Of a DNA stretch of 64,000 nucleotides, positions 9,469-20,547 are shown one piece after another. The translations under genes and the position numbers were made by a program. This stretch comes from an uncultured virus (IMG/VR IMGVR_UViG_3300044614_000614) (Duplodnaviria > Heunggongvirae > Uroviricota > Caudoviricetes), in the IMG/VR virus record IMGVR_UViG_3300044614_000614, positions 1 to 64,000 of that record. One strand, 5' to 3'. A model generated the notes under the pieces. That model was not told the origin of the DNA and ran no database searches. It saw only the letters and a program-made list of their open reading frames with translations. Position 1 is the stretch's first letter; every line of letters begins with the position of its first letter.

Positions 9469-9894
9469 TTACTTTACTTCAATGTCAGGCATAATAGCAG
9501 ACGGCTTGAAGACCACGCGATACTGATAGACACTCACGTTGGCATTTTCCAACTGTTCTACGAAGTAAGTCACGTTATCCGAAATGCCAAGAAAATGCTT
9601 CTTGTATTCCGTCGGACTCGTCTTACATGTCACTTCAAGTTGATTGTCCTGATTGTCCTTCTTGATAGAACACCGACCCTCAATAGTCAGCATATAGTTA
9701 TCGGTGATACCATTGTAGAAGATGATACGCCGATTAATCTCAAAATAGTCCGCAGCCTTAGAGATGTTCTGTGATGCCATTTCAGCATCCGTACATGCAC
9801 CAAGACCGAGAGCAACACCAACAATACCAAGAGTAGAAAGAACACGCTTCATCATTTCATTATTCCTCAATTGCATCAATACGAAAAAAGTCAC
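9469..9894 (-). CDS. lipoprotein
   Basis: LGLGAC lipobox; FEINRRIIFYNGIT; true start likely at MMKR. Confidence 0.7.
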   Translation of the reverse strand: MTFFVLMQLRNNEMMKRVLSTLGIVGVALGLGACTDAEMASQNISKAADYFEINRRIIFYNGITDNYMLTIEGRCSIKKDNQDNQLEVTCKTSPTEYKKHFLGISDNVTYFVEQLENANVSVYQYRVVFKPSAIMPDIEVK

Positions 9895-10064
9895 CAGGCT
9901 CTACACTCAGAGTCCTGTCTAGATCCTTGCTGCCGTCTGCATTCCAAGACCGAACACGGATCTTTTTAACACCAGCAGGAACACGCCACGAAGCAGAGTT
10001 CTTGCCAGATGCATTAGCAACACCGATAAAAGGCAGAGCAGCAAGCCCTGCAAGTAACCAACGT

Positions 10065-10457
10065 TTATTCATCATCTTCAACCTTTCCAAAATCAACACG
10101 CTCAGAGTAGTAACCGTTGGACTCACCCAACCAACGCAGGGTTACGGAACCCTTGATGGTCGCAAACTTGTAGAATGTCCAAGTGTAGGAATCTTGCCGT
10201 TCGTCTTCTTCCCAGGCATCTTGGGTTTCACCAGTCACTTCCTCGGCCTGCAAGATTGGCGAGCCTACAAGATCATTGAGGTCGCCATCAATGTCCTCGA
10301 TTCGCACATACTCACAACAATCCTGTGAATGATACATGATGTAGCGGTCACCATTGTCCATGGTGAACAGCAATTCGTCATCACCATTCTGTTGTAGATT
10401 GGTGATGGTGCGATGCATCAAAACAGAAACGTCAACTTCAGGATAATCGCGATACAT
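10065..10457 (-). CDS. conserved phage hypothetical protein
   Basis: HSQDCCE...SNGYYSE. Confidence 0.7.
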   Translation of the reverse strand: MYRDYPEVDVSVLMHRTITNLQQNGDDELLFTMDNGDRYIMYHSQDCCEYVRIEDIDGDLNDLVGSPILQAEEVTGETQDAWEEDERQDSYTWTFYKFATIKGSVTLRWLGESNGYYSERVDFGKVEDDE

Positions 10458-10673
10458 TACTTTACCTTCTCAATCTTGGCACCGCGAAAGAACATGCCGA
10501 TTACGATTACTGCAAGCCAATTCCAAAAACTATATTCAAGCATCTCGATATCACCGAACAACTGGTTCCAAGACCAGATTGTAGCAATCGGCCCAAAGAT
10601 GATGATAATCACACCAAGCCCAATCAAGCCAGCACCCGCCATAATCTTTTTACTACTAGTCATTTATATCTCC

Positions 10674-11126
10674 TTACCTAACAAGACTTGTAACGTCAAC
10701 ATTATCCATTGAATCCCACTCGGAGTCAATAGAAAAAGAACTGGAACTGAAATCTTTCTGAAGAGGCATCATGTCCAGTTCCTGTAGAAGCTTCTCTTCT
10801 ACAGAGACCTTAGGCTTCTTGACGACTGCGTTTTTGACCTTTGCAATCTTCTCTGGCTTGCTCTTGGACGCTTTAGGAGCAGCCTTGGCAGCTTTCTTAG
10901 CACCAGCCTTAGTCATTCCCTTATAGACATAGGACACGACCCTCCGACCATCCTTGTTGGTTTCAAACTGGTGACCGTCTCTCTTCAGAAAGCACACATA
11001 CTTGGACGTATATCCAGTTGTACCCACATACTGATCTACCTCAGAGGGCGTCACAATGATCTGTCGCTCGAAAAGTTCAAGTGCAACAAATTCAGGTCTC
11101 TTACCGTGCTTACTCGCTTGTGGCAT
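10674..11126 (-). CDS. hypothetical basic protein
   Basis: ORF track; Lys/Ala-rich middle; GGAG RBS. Confidence 0.6.
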   Translation of the reverse strand: MPQASKHGKRPEFVALELFERQIIVTPSEVDQYVGTTGYTSKYVCFLKRDGHQFETNKDGRRVVSYVYKGMTKAGAKKAAKAAPKASKSKPEKIAKVKNAVVKKPKVSVEEKLLQELDMMPLQKDFSSSSFSIDSEWDSMDNVDVTSLVR

Positions 11127-11498
11127 ACTTCATCTCTCCATTCTCGTTAAACGTGTAGCCATAATAGTGGTTCTGTATCTGATCGATGATGCTATCTACA
11201 TCACGTTCAGAGGCGCCGTACATCTGAGTGCAGACATACGAGTAAACATTTGCACGAGGAAGACCAAGTTCCATAGCAGTCCACACGTGCGATTCCATTT
11301 CCATCAACCAGTCCTTGACCTTAGCCATTCGACTTAATCTCCATCCATTCAACCAAAAGAGATACGGCTTCCTTGCGCGGGACATCAAATACCCGTTCGA
11401 TATAGGGCGCAGCACCAAACATGTTGGTGATACCTGATTGCCGCAGAGCTTCAAGATAGTCAAAAACTCGGATCTTGTCAACAGTCATGTATATCTCC

Positions 11499-11735
11499 TT
11501 AGTCGCAAGAGTTATAACGAGAAGTGTGAACAGTCAAATCGGAAGAGACACTAGCAGAACCCATGTAACCCCAACCCCACACACCTTCCCACCAATTAAC
11601 AAAGTCTTTTGCTTCCTTGAGAGAGCGGAAACCGCTGTATACAGAATTTGTCTTTCGACCATCATCATTTTCATTAATGAGAAGTTCAAGAGACTTGTCG
11701 AAGCTAGTGCTAGACTTGAAAGAACGAGCAACCAT
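11499..11735 (-). CDS. hypothetical early protein
   Basis: ORF track; GGAG RBS. Confidence 0.6.
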   Translation of the reverse strand: MVARSFKSSTSFDKSLELLINENDDGRKTNSVYSGFRSLKEAKDFVNWWEGVWGWGYMGSASVSSDLTVHTSRYNSCD

Positions 11736-11789
11736 TATGCGAACTCCGTGTTGACTATGAGAGTGTTATACAGGAAGTTAGGGCCGCTG

Positions 11790-12449
11790 TCAAGCGGCCT
11801 TAGGAAAATGCTTCTCGGCCTGAAGCCACACTTCATGTTCGTTGACTTCAGCAACGTCTACGCGCTCACAGTTGCGTGCCCAGACCCACACGACATCCTT
11901 GTGAGCATCGACCACTTTGCCGTTGGGAAGAGCTTTCTTGTACATGACATCAGAAGTTGCAATGCCAAGCTTGTTTTCAACAGAAGCGCGATAGCCCATG
12001 CCATAGCTAGCCTTGATCACGGCGATCACCTTGCCTTCAGTACCCTTGGCAGTCTTACCGCGAGTAACCTTTGCAACGCAACCCTTCTCAATCTGCTTTG
12101 CATTGTGCTTTGCGTCTTCAAGCATACGATCAAACTGCTTGCTTACGCGATAGTGGCGATACGCTTCCTTGACTTCAGGAGTGGCGTCCACAGTCGCAGA
12201 AACCTTGTCACCCCACATCCAGTTGTAGTCGCAAGTGTCGAGCCAAACGTCTACGGGCTTGGACTGTTCAGCGTCCCAGTAGACAGCGTACTTCTCAGAA
12301 CCCCAAATGTCAGACATGATACGAACAGAGCGTGTACCAGTCTCAAGAACACAACCGTGAGCGAGAGTTTCGGGATAAGCTTCAGCAACCTTGGTGTACT
12401 TTCCGTCGACCATTTCGTACTTCTCAGAAACCATGCGAGTGATAGCCAT
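11790..12449 (-). CDS. hypothetical early protein
   Basis: GAGGAG RBS; strong sigma70-like promoter upstream. Confidence 0.7.
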   Translation of the reverse strand: MAITRMVSEKYEMVDGKYTKVAEAYPETLAHGCVLETGTRSVRIMSDIWGSEKYAVYWDAEQSKPVDVWLDTCDYNWMWGDKVSATVDATPEVKEAYRHYRVSKQFDRMLEDAKHNAKQIEKGCVAKVTRGKTAKGTEGKVIAVIKASYGMGYRASVENKLGIATSDVMYKKALPNGKVVDAHKDVVWVWARNCERVDVAEVNEHEVWLQAEKHFPKAA

Positions 12450-12481
12450 TCAGTAGTCTCCTCTGTGTCGTTGTTGAGAAG

Positions 12482-12510
12482 AATATACTGCAAACGGAAA
12501 TCATTTGCAA
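12482..12510 (-). promoter_or_regulatory. sigma70-type early promoter
   Basis: TTGCAA-N17-TATATT. Confidence 0.7.
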
Positions 12511-12719
12511 GAGAAATCTTCAAAAAAGATGGTCGAGCTAAATCAAAGACTTAGCGTCTGGTATAGAAATCGTCTACGGCATCAGCCTCAGTTTCATGCT
12601 CTACCCATGCCTTTTTCCAGTTGCGGATCGGGCGCCTTTTCTGACCTTTTCTAAGATCAGAATATTCTTCATCGTCATAATCTTCATGATTTCCATACTG
12701 GTTCTTTTTGTACTTCATG

Positions 12720-13118
12720 CTAATAAGACCTTGCGAGGTTCAAACCTTTCTTGTTAAACTTGTCACGCCATTTAAGAAACGAAGAGCCGTGACCTATCCC
12801 TTCGTTATTGATGTATTGATAATGGTGCACCATTTCGTGCGCCAAGATTTCAATAAAAAACTTTTTTGATTTATATCGTTTGCTCATGAGCAACTTGCAG
12901 GTACCGTTTGATCGTCTTTCATCATAGTCATAGTATGCATAAGCACCACGGCGCCAGCGAATGTCGATTTCATTAATTTGTGGGAGGTTGTTTTCAAAGA
13001 GTTCGCGATTGAGGACTTTGAACCATTCTTGGCAGTCCTCAATCGTTGTTTCGTATATTGATTCACAGTCTTCGCTCATAATTTTTTCTAGCTTTGTTCT
13101 GCGCTTTCTTTTTGCCAT
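12720..13118 (-). CDS. SprT-like zinc metalloprotease
   Basis: LNRELF, LAHEMVH, GHGSSF. Confidence 0.8.
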   Translation of the reverse strand: MAKRKRRTKLEKIMSEDCESIYETTIEDCQEWFKVLNRELFENNLPQINEIDIRWRRGAYAYYDYDERRSNGTCKLLMSKRYKSKKFFIEILAHEMVHHYQYINNEGIGHGSSFLKWRDKFNKKGLNLARSY

Positions 13119-13152
13119 TTCGATCCTTGTGAAACAGCATAACAAAGATCAA

Positions 13153-13587
13153 TCAAATATCAGGTAGCATTCCAGGAAAAGCTTCTTGTACTATCTTATA
13201 TGTTAGTCCTTTTATTGGCAGCTTTTTCATTAGCATACCAGAAAGTATGTCAGCTTCTTTTGCTTCTAGTGCTTCTAACATTTGAATCAAAAGATACTTC
13301 TTTCTGTCTAAAGTCAAACCGCTTGCAACTCTTGGATTATCTTCTTCAAACAGATACACTCGACTTAGCTCTTGATGAATTGATGTATAGCTCAATCCAG
13401 GTGGATCATCAGACTTTTTATATTCGGGGATATCGTTAAAGACATATTTGATTTGTGGATGAAATGTGCCACGAAGCACAGCATCCAGTGCATAGCCACT
13501 ATTCTTTCTCAGAACATCTATCTTGGCTTCACGAGTGGGTGCATTGACGAAATCATCAAACACCTCATAAATATTTTTCTTACTCAT
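13153..13587 (-). CDS. conserved T4-like phage hypothetical protein
   Basis: QMLEAL...VQEAFP; downstream of rnh. Confidence 0.7.
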   Translation of the reverse strand: MSKKNIYEVFDDFVNAPTREAKIDVLRKNSGYALDAVLRGTFHPQIKYVFNDIPEYKKSDDPPGLSYTSIHQELSRVYLFEEDNPRVASGLTLDRKKYLLIQMLEALEAKEADILSGMLMKKLPIKGLTYKIVQEAFPGMLPDI

Positions 13588-14441
13588 TAAAACTCCTGTA
13601 TAACATCAAATAGGTTCTTCAGACCTTTTTCTGCGAAATAGTTGACCAGATTAGACCTGCTTGCCACTTTGATGTTATCATAACAGTCCACAATCTGACT
13701 CTTGATCGTCTCAGGAATATAGTCAAGATCAACCAGCATCTGATTTCTCTTGTAGTTTCGCAGCATGATTTCAGTGGTGCAAAACTCTTCAGGAGACTTG
13801 TTAAGCCATTCATTAAGCTTCTTTGTATTTATGACTTTTTGTCTTTCACCAAGAGCAAAGACATTATCTGCCGATAAAAAATTTGGTACACCATCACCAC
13901 GATCACCTCGAATGATATGCTCTTTAACATACTTGTATGGATCATCAGTCTCAACATAACGCTTGAGAATAGGATTGTACTGCTTCACATTGGCATACTT
14001 CTGAAGCTGAACGAAGTCTTTATCTGAAGATAGAATTAGCACCTCTTCATGTGGTGCTTTTCGTGCAGCCAGCACACCGATAACATCATCAGCTTCTGCA
14101 CCTTCAACATCAATTACCTTGTATGGAAAGTGTAGCTTCAACTCTTCACGGATTTTGTTGAGTGTTTCAAAGATCAAAGTCCAGTCAAAACCAGACTCTT
14201 CACGAGCCTTCTTTCTGTTTGCTTTATAAAGTGGAAAAACATCGCGGCGCCAAAATCTCTTGTTGTCACATGCGATGATGACTTCACCATACTTCTCTTT
14301 GAACTGAGTAATGTGTGAGCGAAGACTGTTGAGTACCATGTGCCGAATGAGATTTTCATCAAGCTTCATTTTTGGATTAGAGTTGATCTGCTGCATGAGA
14401 TTTGAGATCAACACCTGATTTAGGTCAATCAGAATTGCCAT
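13587..14441 (-). CDS. rnh: T4-type RNase H / 5'-3' exonuclease
   Basis: YKANRK, EADD, SSDKDF, GDRGDGVPN. Confidence 0.93.
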   Translation of the reverse strand: MAILIDLNQVLISNLMQQINSNPKMKLDENLIRHMVLNSLRSHITQFKEKYGEVIIACDNKRFWRRDVFPLYKANRKKAREESGFDWTLIFETLNKIREELKLHFPYKVIDVEGAEADDVIGVLAARKAPHEEVLILSSDKDFVQLQKYANVKQYNPILKRYVETDDPYKYVKEHIIRGDRGDGVPNFLSADNVFALGERQKVINTKKLNEWLNKSPEEFCTTEIMLRNYKRNQMLVDLDYIPETIKSQIVDCYDNIKVASRSNLVNYFAEKGLKNLFDVIQEF

Positions 14442-14478
14442 AATAACTTCCTTTGTAAACTATACTATTATATAGTTC

Positions 14479-14883
14479 TCATTCTGTTTTGTCGAGTACC
14501 TGATCTTTTTCGACCATGTTTTGCAGCACGATTTCTTGCATTTCAATTGGATCATCAATTACAATATTACCACTGTCATCCTTCTTCACAATCGAAACAT
14601 GCTTATCAATAAAGTCATGAAGTGTATGATCTACATTCATCGCGCGATAGATTGTTGATCGAATTGCATCTATAGAAAATGTGAAGTCACGTTCGAAGTG
14701 TTTACCGTCTTGATCAACACCGTAAGAGTCCAAAAGCACAACCAAGTTTTCAATAATGTCATTTACAACATCCTCAGCATAGTTTTGTCTGCCTCGCTCT
14801 CGGTGCTTTTCTATTTCATCTATGTTTGGAGGAACTTCACGAACGATCTTGTCCTTGGGGAATTGAAATACGTTGTCTGTCAT
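14479..14883 (-). CDS. hypothetical protein
   Basis: ORF track. Confidence 0.65.
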   Translation of the reverse strand: MTDNVFQFPKDKIVREVPPNIDEIEKHRERGRQNYAEDVVNDIIENLVVLLDSYGVDQDGKHFERDFTFSIDAIRSTIYRAMNVDHTLHDFIDKHVSIVKKDDSGNIVIDDPIEMQEIVLQNMVEKDQVLDKTE

Positions 14884-16031
14884 TTAATGATCCTTAGAAG
14901 AACTGTCTCATTATTTATGCGACCACTTGCTTCTTTGGACTTGCACTTGATTTCGTCCATGAACTTGCGAAGAACGACCTTACCACCATCAAGAAGCTTC
15001 TTCAACTGAATTTCAGGCTTGCGAAGTCTCTTGACGATGGAAGTCTTCTCATCGTAGCCAATTACCGTGCAGCCCTTGATGCCAAGTCCAGCAGGACCCA
15101 TAGCATTGTAAACAGATAGAGTTCGATATTTGGTATTGAACACCCAAAGCTGATTGCATCCAATGATCTGTTTCGGATCGACTGAAATAACATTGTGTGT
15201 TTCATCTTTTTCCTTATACTTGAGTTTAGCAACCTGAGCGGATGCAGGCTTGACCTTTTTCTTACGAGGCTTGCGTTCAACTTTTGCTACGACTGCACGA
15301 GTTTCAGCGGCAGACACAATAGACTTGATAAACTCTACATAAGCTTTCAGCTTCGGCTTAGTGTAGTGAGAGTATGCTTCACGCAAATCAGGCACCTTAC
15401 CCGAAAGAGCATCAAAGAGTTCAGAATAGAGAGGCTTGTAATAGTCTGCAATGTATTGTGCAACAGCAGGCTTCACATCATTCTGAGAGAGCCAATCGGA
15501 CGCCTTGAACTGAGTGCCATCACGATAGAACACATCAATCTGTTCTTCAATGTTGGCGATCAGGTCATTGGCGCGATTGGCTACACGCTCTTGAATAGAG
15601 ATTACTTGCTTTGCGACTTCTTCTTTTTTGGTGCCGACTTCTTCTTCGGCTTCGGCGCCACCTGTGTCTCTTCCTCGATCACTGGTGTTGGCTTCATCGG
15701 CAAGGGCACGGATTCGCGCTTCGTTTCGCTCTTTGATGCCATCTGGGAGGTTACCACCCAGTAACAATATGCGACAATTCCAACCATTAGTGCGGCAGCG
15801 ACTATCATCAATTCTGTTTGCATTTTTAATTAGATCCTTTTCTGTCTTATGAAATTCTTTCAAATATTCAATGACCCACTCTTTAGCCTGAGCGGAGTCG
15901 TAAAAGTAGTTATACCAATTGTAGGCTAAGATGATATCTGAATTCGAAACTTCGCCGCGCAGATCGGGTTCAGCGCCCATGTGCTTCTCATCTGCAAACT
16001 TACCGCGGATTGCTTTCGGTTTCTTGGACAT
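14880..16031 (-). CDS. conserved T4-like phage hypothetical protein
   Basis: NWYNY, LWVFNTKYR, LRKPE, GRIN. Confidence 0.75.
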   Translation of the reverse strand: MSKKPKAIRGKFADEKHMGAEPDLRGEVSNSDIILAYNWYNYFYDSAQAKEWVIEYLKEFHKTEKDLIKNANRIDDSRCRTNGWNCRILLLGGNLPDGIKERNEARIRALADEANTSDRGRDTGGAEAEEEVGTKKEEVAKQVISIQERVANRANDLIANIEEQIDVFYRDGTQFKASDWLSQNDVKPAVAQYIADYYKPLYSELFDALSGKVPDLREAYSHYTKPKLKAYVEFIKSIVSAAETRAVVAKVERKPRKKKVKPASAQVAKLKYKEKDETHNVISVDPKQIIGCNQLWVFNTKYRTLSVYNAMGPAGLGIKGCTVIGYDEKTSIVKRLRKPEIQLKKLLDGGKVVLRKFMDEIKCKSKEASGRINNETVLLRIIK

Positions 16032-16323
16032 ATTTTTCCTTTAACGAGTTGAAGTCCCAATCTTTGAAGTCTCGGATGACGCAAATCCCGTCTTCGAGAT
16101 ATGCGTATTGTAGCGCAATTTGCTCTGCGTTGTCAATAGCTTCAAATTCATCAAGGAAAACAACGGCTTGACCAAAGAAGTCAATCATTGATTGTGGGTC
16201 ACCTTGCCAATGTAGACTCTCATCTGAGAATTCACCATAAATTTCGTCTATGTTCTGACCATACGCAACCCTGTACTCTGGACCTTTAGTCTCTAAAATA
16301 TACACGCCATTATCTGCTGACAT
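16000..16323 (-). CDS. hypothetical protein
   Basis: ORF track (MSADNGVYIL). Confidence 0.6.
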   Translation of the reverse strand: MSADNGVYILETKGPEYRVAYGQNIDEIYGEFSDESLHWQGDPQSMIDFFGQAVVFLDEFEAIDNAEQIALQYAYLEDGICVIRDFKDWDFNSLKEKYVQETESNPR

Positions 16324-16556
16324 TATTCAATCTCATACTCATCAAATTTCTTTTCTTGCATAGTCTTTTGTTTCCAGTGTTTGCGAGGATTACCGCACAC
16401 ATAACAAGAGCAGGGCTTTCGCGTTTCGGCCATTCTCTTTTGATGCTGTTCCTTGTGTTCTTCACCTGAGAACCAATTTTTATACCAAAAAAACTTCTTG
16501 ACCTTATTCAGCATTCTATCATGATGATGCCTACGTTCAGCCCTGCCCTTAGACAT
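16323..16556 (-). CDS. small Cys-motif protein
   Basis: PCSCYVCGNPR. Confidence 0.6.
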   Translation of the reverse strand: MSKGRAERRHHHDRMLNKVKKFFWYKNWFSGEEHKEQHQKRMAETRKPCSCYVCGNPRKHWKQKTMQEKKFDEYEIE

Positions 16557-16654
16557 TAGTTCTTCCTTCTGTTGCGTGCCTTTCGCTTCTTTGAACCGAT
16601 CTTACGACGACCCTTTCGAGGTCTATTCTTATGTGGATGCGACATTCTCTACTC

Positions 16655-17578
16655 CTATATATCAAATCTGAATGTGTTCTTATAATGCTCAGTTTTCATT
16701 TTAGTTGAAAAGATTTGATGAAATTCTTCCATGAGTTCCGACCAACTATTCATGCATTCACCAATATCTATCTTACTATTTACCTGAGACATGTGCAACC
16801 ACAAAGCATTAACACGTGATTGTAAATTTCTGTCCCATTCAATCATCGTATTTGTTGGTGCTGAATTAAAATCAGGGAAAACAGGTAAACAGTTGCAGGC
16901 AATAATTTCATAATGACGCATACAATCCCATCCTGACTTCTTTGTTGTAAAAGCAAAGAGCGATTCTTGGTATTGTCTATAATAGTCTTCTTCTTCTTTG
17001 TATCGATAGTCTACATGAGTAGGCTCTAGACCGTTTATATAAGAATTTTGCCAGCGAGGATCAATGTTAGCTAACAACCTAGATTTTTGAATGTAGGGCT
17101 TGTTAAGCATTGGATGACAAGATGGAAATTTGAATGAGATAGGCAATGCGCTATCATTTACAAGTTCTCTTTTGAAGTATGTATAATATGGTGAGGTATA
17201 ACCGTAAATATCATCTTCACCATCAACAACATTCAATTTACTCTTATCGTATCCAATTTTAACTGCTTCATGAAGAAAATCTTGGCAACGTCTTCCGCTT
17301 GTCCAAATGATATAATCGAATAACTTCTCACGAATGTTATTCGTGATAGTCTCAGCATCTAAAAGAGTTATGTGCTGCTTTCGATCATGTGGAATTTGTC
17401 TGTATACTGTAAAGCCACCACCAGACAAAGGCATACTCTTTGGATAATCATCAAACAAATATTCTGGATGACGATTCGTAAAAAGTTTCAAATCGTCATC
17501 TAAGTAAAGCCAATGTGCTAGATGGTCTGCCAAATAATCTGGGCCGGCAGCAGCTTGGATGACTAAAATTCGTTTCAT
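16655..17578 (-). CDS. putative glycosyltransferase-like protein
   Basis: DGED, YFKRE, GWDCMRHYEI. Confidence 0.55.
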   Translation of the reverse strand: MKRILVIQAAAGPDYLADHLAHWLYLDDDLKLFTNRHPEYLFDDYPKSMPLSGGGFTVYRQIPHDRKQHITLLDAETITNNIREKLFDYIIWTSGRRCQDFLHEAVKIGYDKSKLNVVDGEDDIYGYTSPYYTYFKRELVNDSALPISFKFPSCHPMLNKPYIQKSRLLANIDPRWQNSYINGLEPTHVDYRYKEEEDYYRQYQESLFAFTTKKSGWDCMRHYEIIACNCLPVFPDFNSAPTNTMIEWDRNLQSRVNALWLHMSQVNSKIDIGECMNSWSELMEEFHQIFSTKMKTEHYKNTFRFDI

Positions 17579-17859
17579 TGTAGCTGAACCTCAATAATAG
17601 AATCAAGCCTGAAAGAACGCCATGCGCTATTATCTAAATCCCATACGGCGAGTACATCATCGTTCTGCTTTCGCGGCACATGTGCTTCTACCAACTTTAC
17701 TTCAGGAAGTAATGATGGCTTGAGAGTACAAGTCATCTCACGGTTTGAACCGTCAGCCTTTGTAAAAGTAATCTTTGCGACAAAAGACTGAAGTTCACTC
17801 TTCAATGTTTCTTTATCAAACATTGCCATATACCCTCTGAAGTTCCATGAATTCGTCAT
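17575..17859 (-). CDS. SH3/WYL-like beta-barrel protein
   Basis: FTKADGSNREMTCT...WDLDNSAWRSFR. Confidence 0.75.
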   Translation of the reverse strand: MTNSWNFRGYMAMFDKETLKSELQSFVAKITFTKADGSNREMTCTLKPSLLPEVKLVEAHVPRKQNDDVLAVWDLDNSAWRSFRLDSIIEVQLQ

Positions 17860-18106
17860 AGTCTCCCTTGGTCATGTAGTAGCCAAGAAGAACCTTCATA
17901 GCATCATGAACCTCAGCATTACGCTTGAAGTCTTCAATCTCAAAGTCCCTCAGATTGCCCATCTTGTGCTTCAACTCATGAAGCTCCTGACAGACAAATT
18001 CAAAGTCTTCCTTGAGAACCTGAGCAACAAGATTGCCAGCAGCTTCAAGGTCAATTTCCATATTCCGCTTCACACTCACGTTATACATTACTTTACCTTT
18101 CTCCAT
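17816..18106 (-). CDS. hypothetical protein
   Basis: ORF track. Confidence 0.55.
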   Translation of the reverse strand: MEKGKVMYNVSVKRNMEIDLEAAGNLVAQVLKEDFEFVCQELHELKHKMGNLRDFEIEDFKRNAEVHDAMKVLLGYYMTKGDYDEFMELQRVYGNV

Positions 18107-18328
18107 TTAATACCAAAACATAACTCTTGCATCTTGCGATGAAACCAGTTGGGTTCACTTCCTTTCACAGGACGAAATGTTGTGGACCACTGACCATTAC
18201 TAATTATAACACATTCCCACTCTGATACGGGTGGGCTGAGATTGATAGATATAGCACTTTCTGACACAATCATTTTCCATTCATCATCACCGAATGCATA
18301 TGTGTTTGCTTTTGTATCTGGAAATCTA

Positions 18329-18598
18329 TCACTGTCCATTACCATATCCGTGATTATCACACCAATCAGCAAAGTCTTCGTAACCACCAATGCGATTATC
18401 ATTAACGAAAATCTGCGGCACTGTCAAGGGTGGATTCAACGATGCAGGACTATCACCATAGATCAATGCTCTGAGATAGTCTCGCGTATAGTCTTCATCA
18501 AGCTTCTTCTCATCATACTTAAGATGCAGCTTGTTCATCAGTTCTTTAGCCTTAACGCACCAAGAACAGTTTGGTTTGGAATAGATTACGATGTTCAT
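18329..18598 (-). CDS. nrdC: glutaredoxin
   Basis: CSWC, TVPQIF, IGGY. Confidence 0.9.
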   Translation of the reverse strand: MNIVIYSKPNCSWCVKAKELMNKLHLKYDEKKLDEDYTRDYLRALIYGDSPASLNPPLTVPQIFVNDNRIGGYEDFADWCDNHGYGNGQ

Positions 18599-18791
18599 CA
18601 CCTTCTCCAAGTTTTGGTATCTTCAATCGCGTAGAAGAACATATAGATTATTCCGATGAAAACACTTGCAATAAAAGCAACCACAACATATCCAATAATT
18701 GAAGGCCACAATGTGCCTATCACATATAGAATTGCAATAATACCGACTGTCAATACAGTCTTGAACAAAGCTCTCTTAGTTACTTCGGTCA

Positions 18792-19454
18792 TTAGTCAAT
18801 CTCCACAATTAGGGGTTCATAGTTTTGATACCACGGCTGTTCATTCGGATAGCCGCGAGGATTGCACACAACTCTTGTATCACCAATCATATAATCACAT
18901 CGTTCATGCGTGTGCCCATGCACGATAAGCTTCGGCGGCTTCTTCATTTCAAGAATCTGGTGTGATAGTTCAGTAGCGAAAAAGTCGTTACCGCCAGACT
19001 CACGATACTTCGGATGCACTGACTGGAAAGACGGCAGATGATGCACAAGCCAGATATCGGCACCAGAGTTAAATAAAAAATGTTTATGAGTTTCATGAGC
19101 ATTCATATATCTATCGTAGTTCATACCCCTGATGTTCCGATAGTCCATCATATACTCTTTGAAGTCCCACCAACGAGTAGGAGAGATGTCAGTCCAAAGA
19201 GTAGCACCAGCAATCTTTACATCTCCATGATAGCATTCAGAAAAATGTAGATCGGCATTCTCAAAAGTGCCACCATAGAAATCATGATTGCCTGGAATTG
19301 AAAAGATGTTGCCTTTGAATAGCGAGTAGAAATACTCACGGGTTAGAAACTGCGGATGAGTATCACCAGCATTCAGATAGAATACATCAGGATCAGGCTC
19401 AAAGAACCACGGTTGAAACTCCATATGCAAATCTGAAAAGATTCCAAACTTCAT
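18792..19454 (-). CDS. calcineurin-like metallophosphoesterase
   Basis: SDLH, AGD, GNHD, HGHTH, CNPRGY. Confidence 0.88.
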   Translation of the reverse strand: MKFGIFSDLHMEFQPWFFEPDPDVFYLNAGDTHPQFLTREYFYSLFKGNIFSIPGNHDFYGGTFENADLHFSECYHGDVKIAGATLWTDISPTRWWDFKEYMMDYRNIRGMNYDRYMNAHETHKHFLFNSGADIWLVHHLPSFQSVHPKYRESGGNDFFATELSHQILEMKKPPKLIVHGHTHERCDYMIGDTRVVCNPRGYPNEQPWYQNYEPLIVEID

Positions 19455-19793
19455 TAGTATACGAATCTCCTACCCTGCCAACCACAACCAGGACAATAAA
19501 TGTTTTGCTGCGGCGGACTAGACATTAGCAAACTGTTTTCACCTGCAAGTTCATGCCCACAATGATCACATGCGAGAGCAATCCACTTTTCATGACGACC
19601 GAGTTTCTTATTCTTCTCAGACCACTCAGCATTATATTCACTTAGCGTTTTCACTCTACTTCCTCTTGCTTCACGACCGAGACATTATATCCACCGATCT
19701 TCTCGGCCCAAAGTATAGCAGCGTTTGAACTGTCTGTAAAGATTTCAGATTGATACCAATAAACACCAATGGCATAACGAATAGTAAACTTTT

Positions 19794-20108
19794 TCATTTA
19801 TAATATCCTTTACTTAGGAACCAACGATATGTATGTTCTACCTTGCGAAGAAACGGATGCTGACGAATCCACATGCCTGTATTTGGATCAAAGTGAGTAC
19901 GAAAGAACTCATCATGCTTCTTCATACCTGTTTCAATCTCAGGCCGAATTGCTTTTGATAGTTCATCAAACTCAGCATCCGACATGATAGGATTATCATC
20001 AAATTCATATGCATATGCAGCCAAGGTCAAGCGGATACGATTGCGCCGCTCAACCTCAACTTCACTTCCCCAATCAGACAACACGAACCTCATCAAAGTC
20101 TTCTTCAA
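19794..20108 (-). CDS. stand-alone NAD+-ligase domain Ia-like protein
   Basis: AYAYEFDDNPIMSDAEFDEL. Confidence 0.7.
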   Translation of the reverse strand: MKKTLMRFVLSDWGSEVEVERRNRIRLTLAAYAYEFDDNPIMSDAEFDELSKAIRPEIETGMKKHDEFFRTHFDPNTGMWIRQHPFLRKVEHTYRWFLSKGYYK

Positions 20109-20547
20109 CCGTCGGCTGTTGCAGAGTGTTTATCATCTGCTGAACAGCAAACTCAGGAATGGTCTTGCCAGGGCGAGAACCAAGCCGACGATACAGCTCT
20201 CCAGTTTCAGGAGTAGGAAAGAAGATTGCAATCTTGCGGTAAGTGTTAGGCACCGCAGCAAGCTTTCGTGCGCGCGACTTCTTGTTAAGATTGGTCTGAT
20301 CCCAGATTATGTTATAGCCATACATAACAGCATCCTTAACATGCGTCATCATGGCCTTGTTAGCATAATCAATGTTATCTTGAAACACATCATTGTAAGT
20401 TGCTCCACGCATAGATGCATAGATTTCCAGCAACCGATCTGTAGATGCAACATAATGCCCAGTCAGATCAGGAAAGTTCTTGGCGATCCAAGTAGACTTG
20501 CCGGAGCCAGGGACTCCGACAAGCATATACAGCGTAGGGTTAGACAT
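20074..20547 (-). CDS. polynucleotide kinase-like P-loop protein
   Basis: GVPGSGKST, STD, DQTN. Confidence 0.8.
   Translation of the reverse strand: MSNPTLYMLVGVPGSGKSTWIAKNFPDLTGHYVASTDRLLEIYASMRGATYNDVFQDNIDYANKAMMTHVKDAVMYGYNIIWDQTNLNKKSRARKLAAVPNTYRKIAIFFPTPETGELYRRLGSRPGKTIPEFAVQQMINTLQQPTVEEDFDEVRVV

Noticed and set aside
11475..12554. 359-aa plus-strand ORF
   Set aside because: Antisense shadow of promoter- and RBS-supported minus-strand genes; no motifs.
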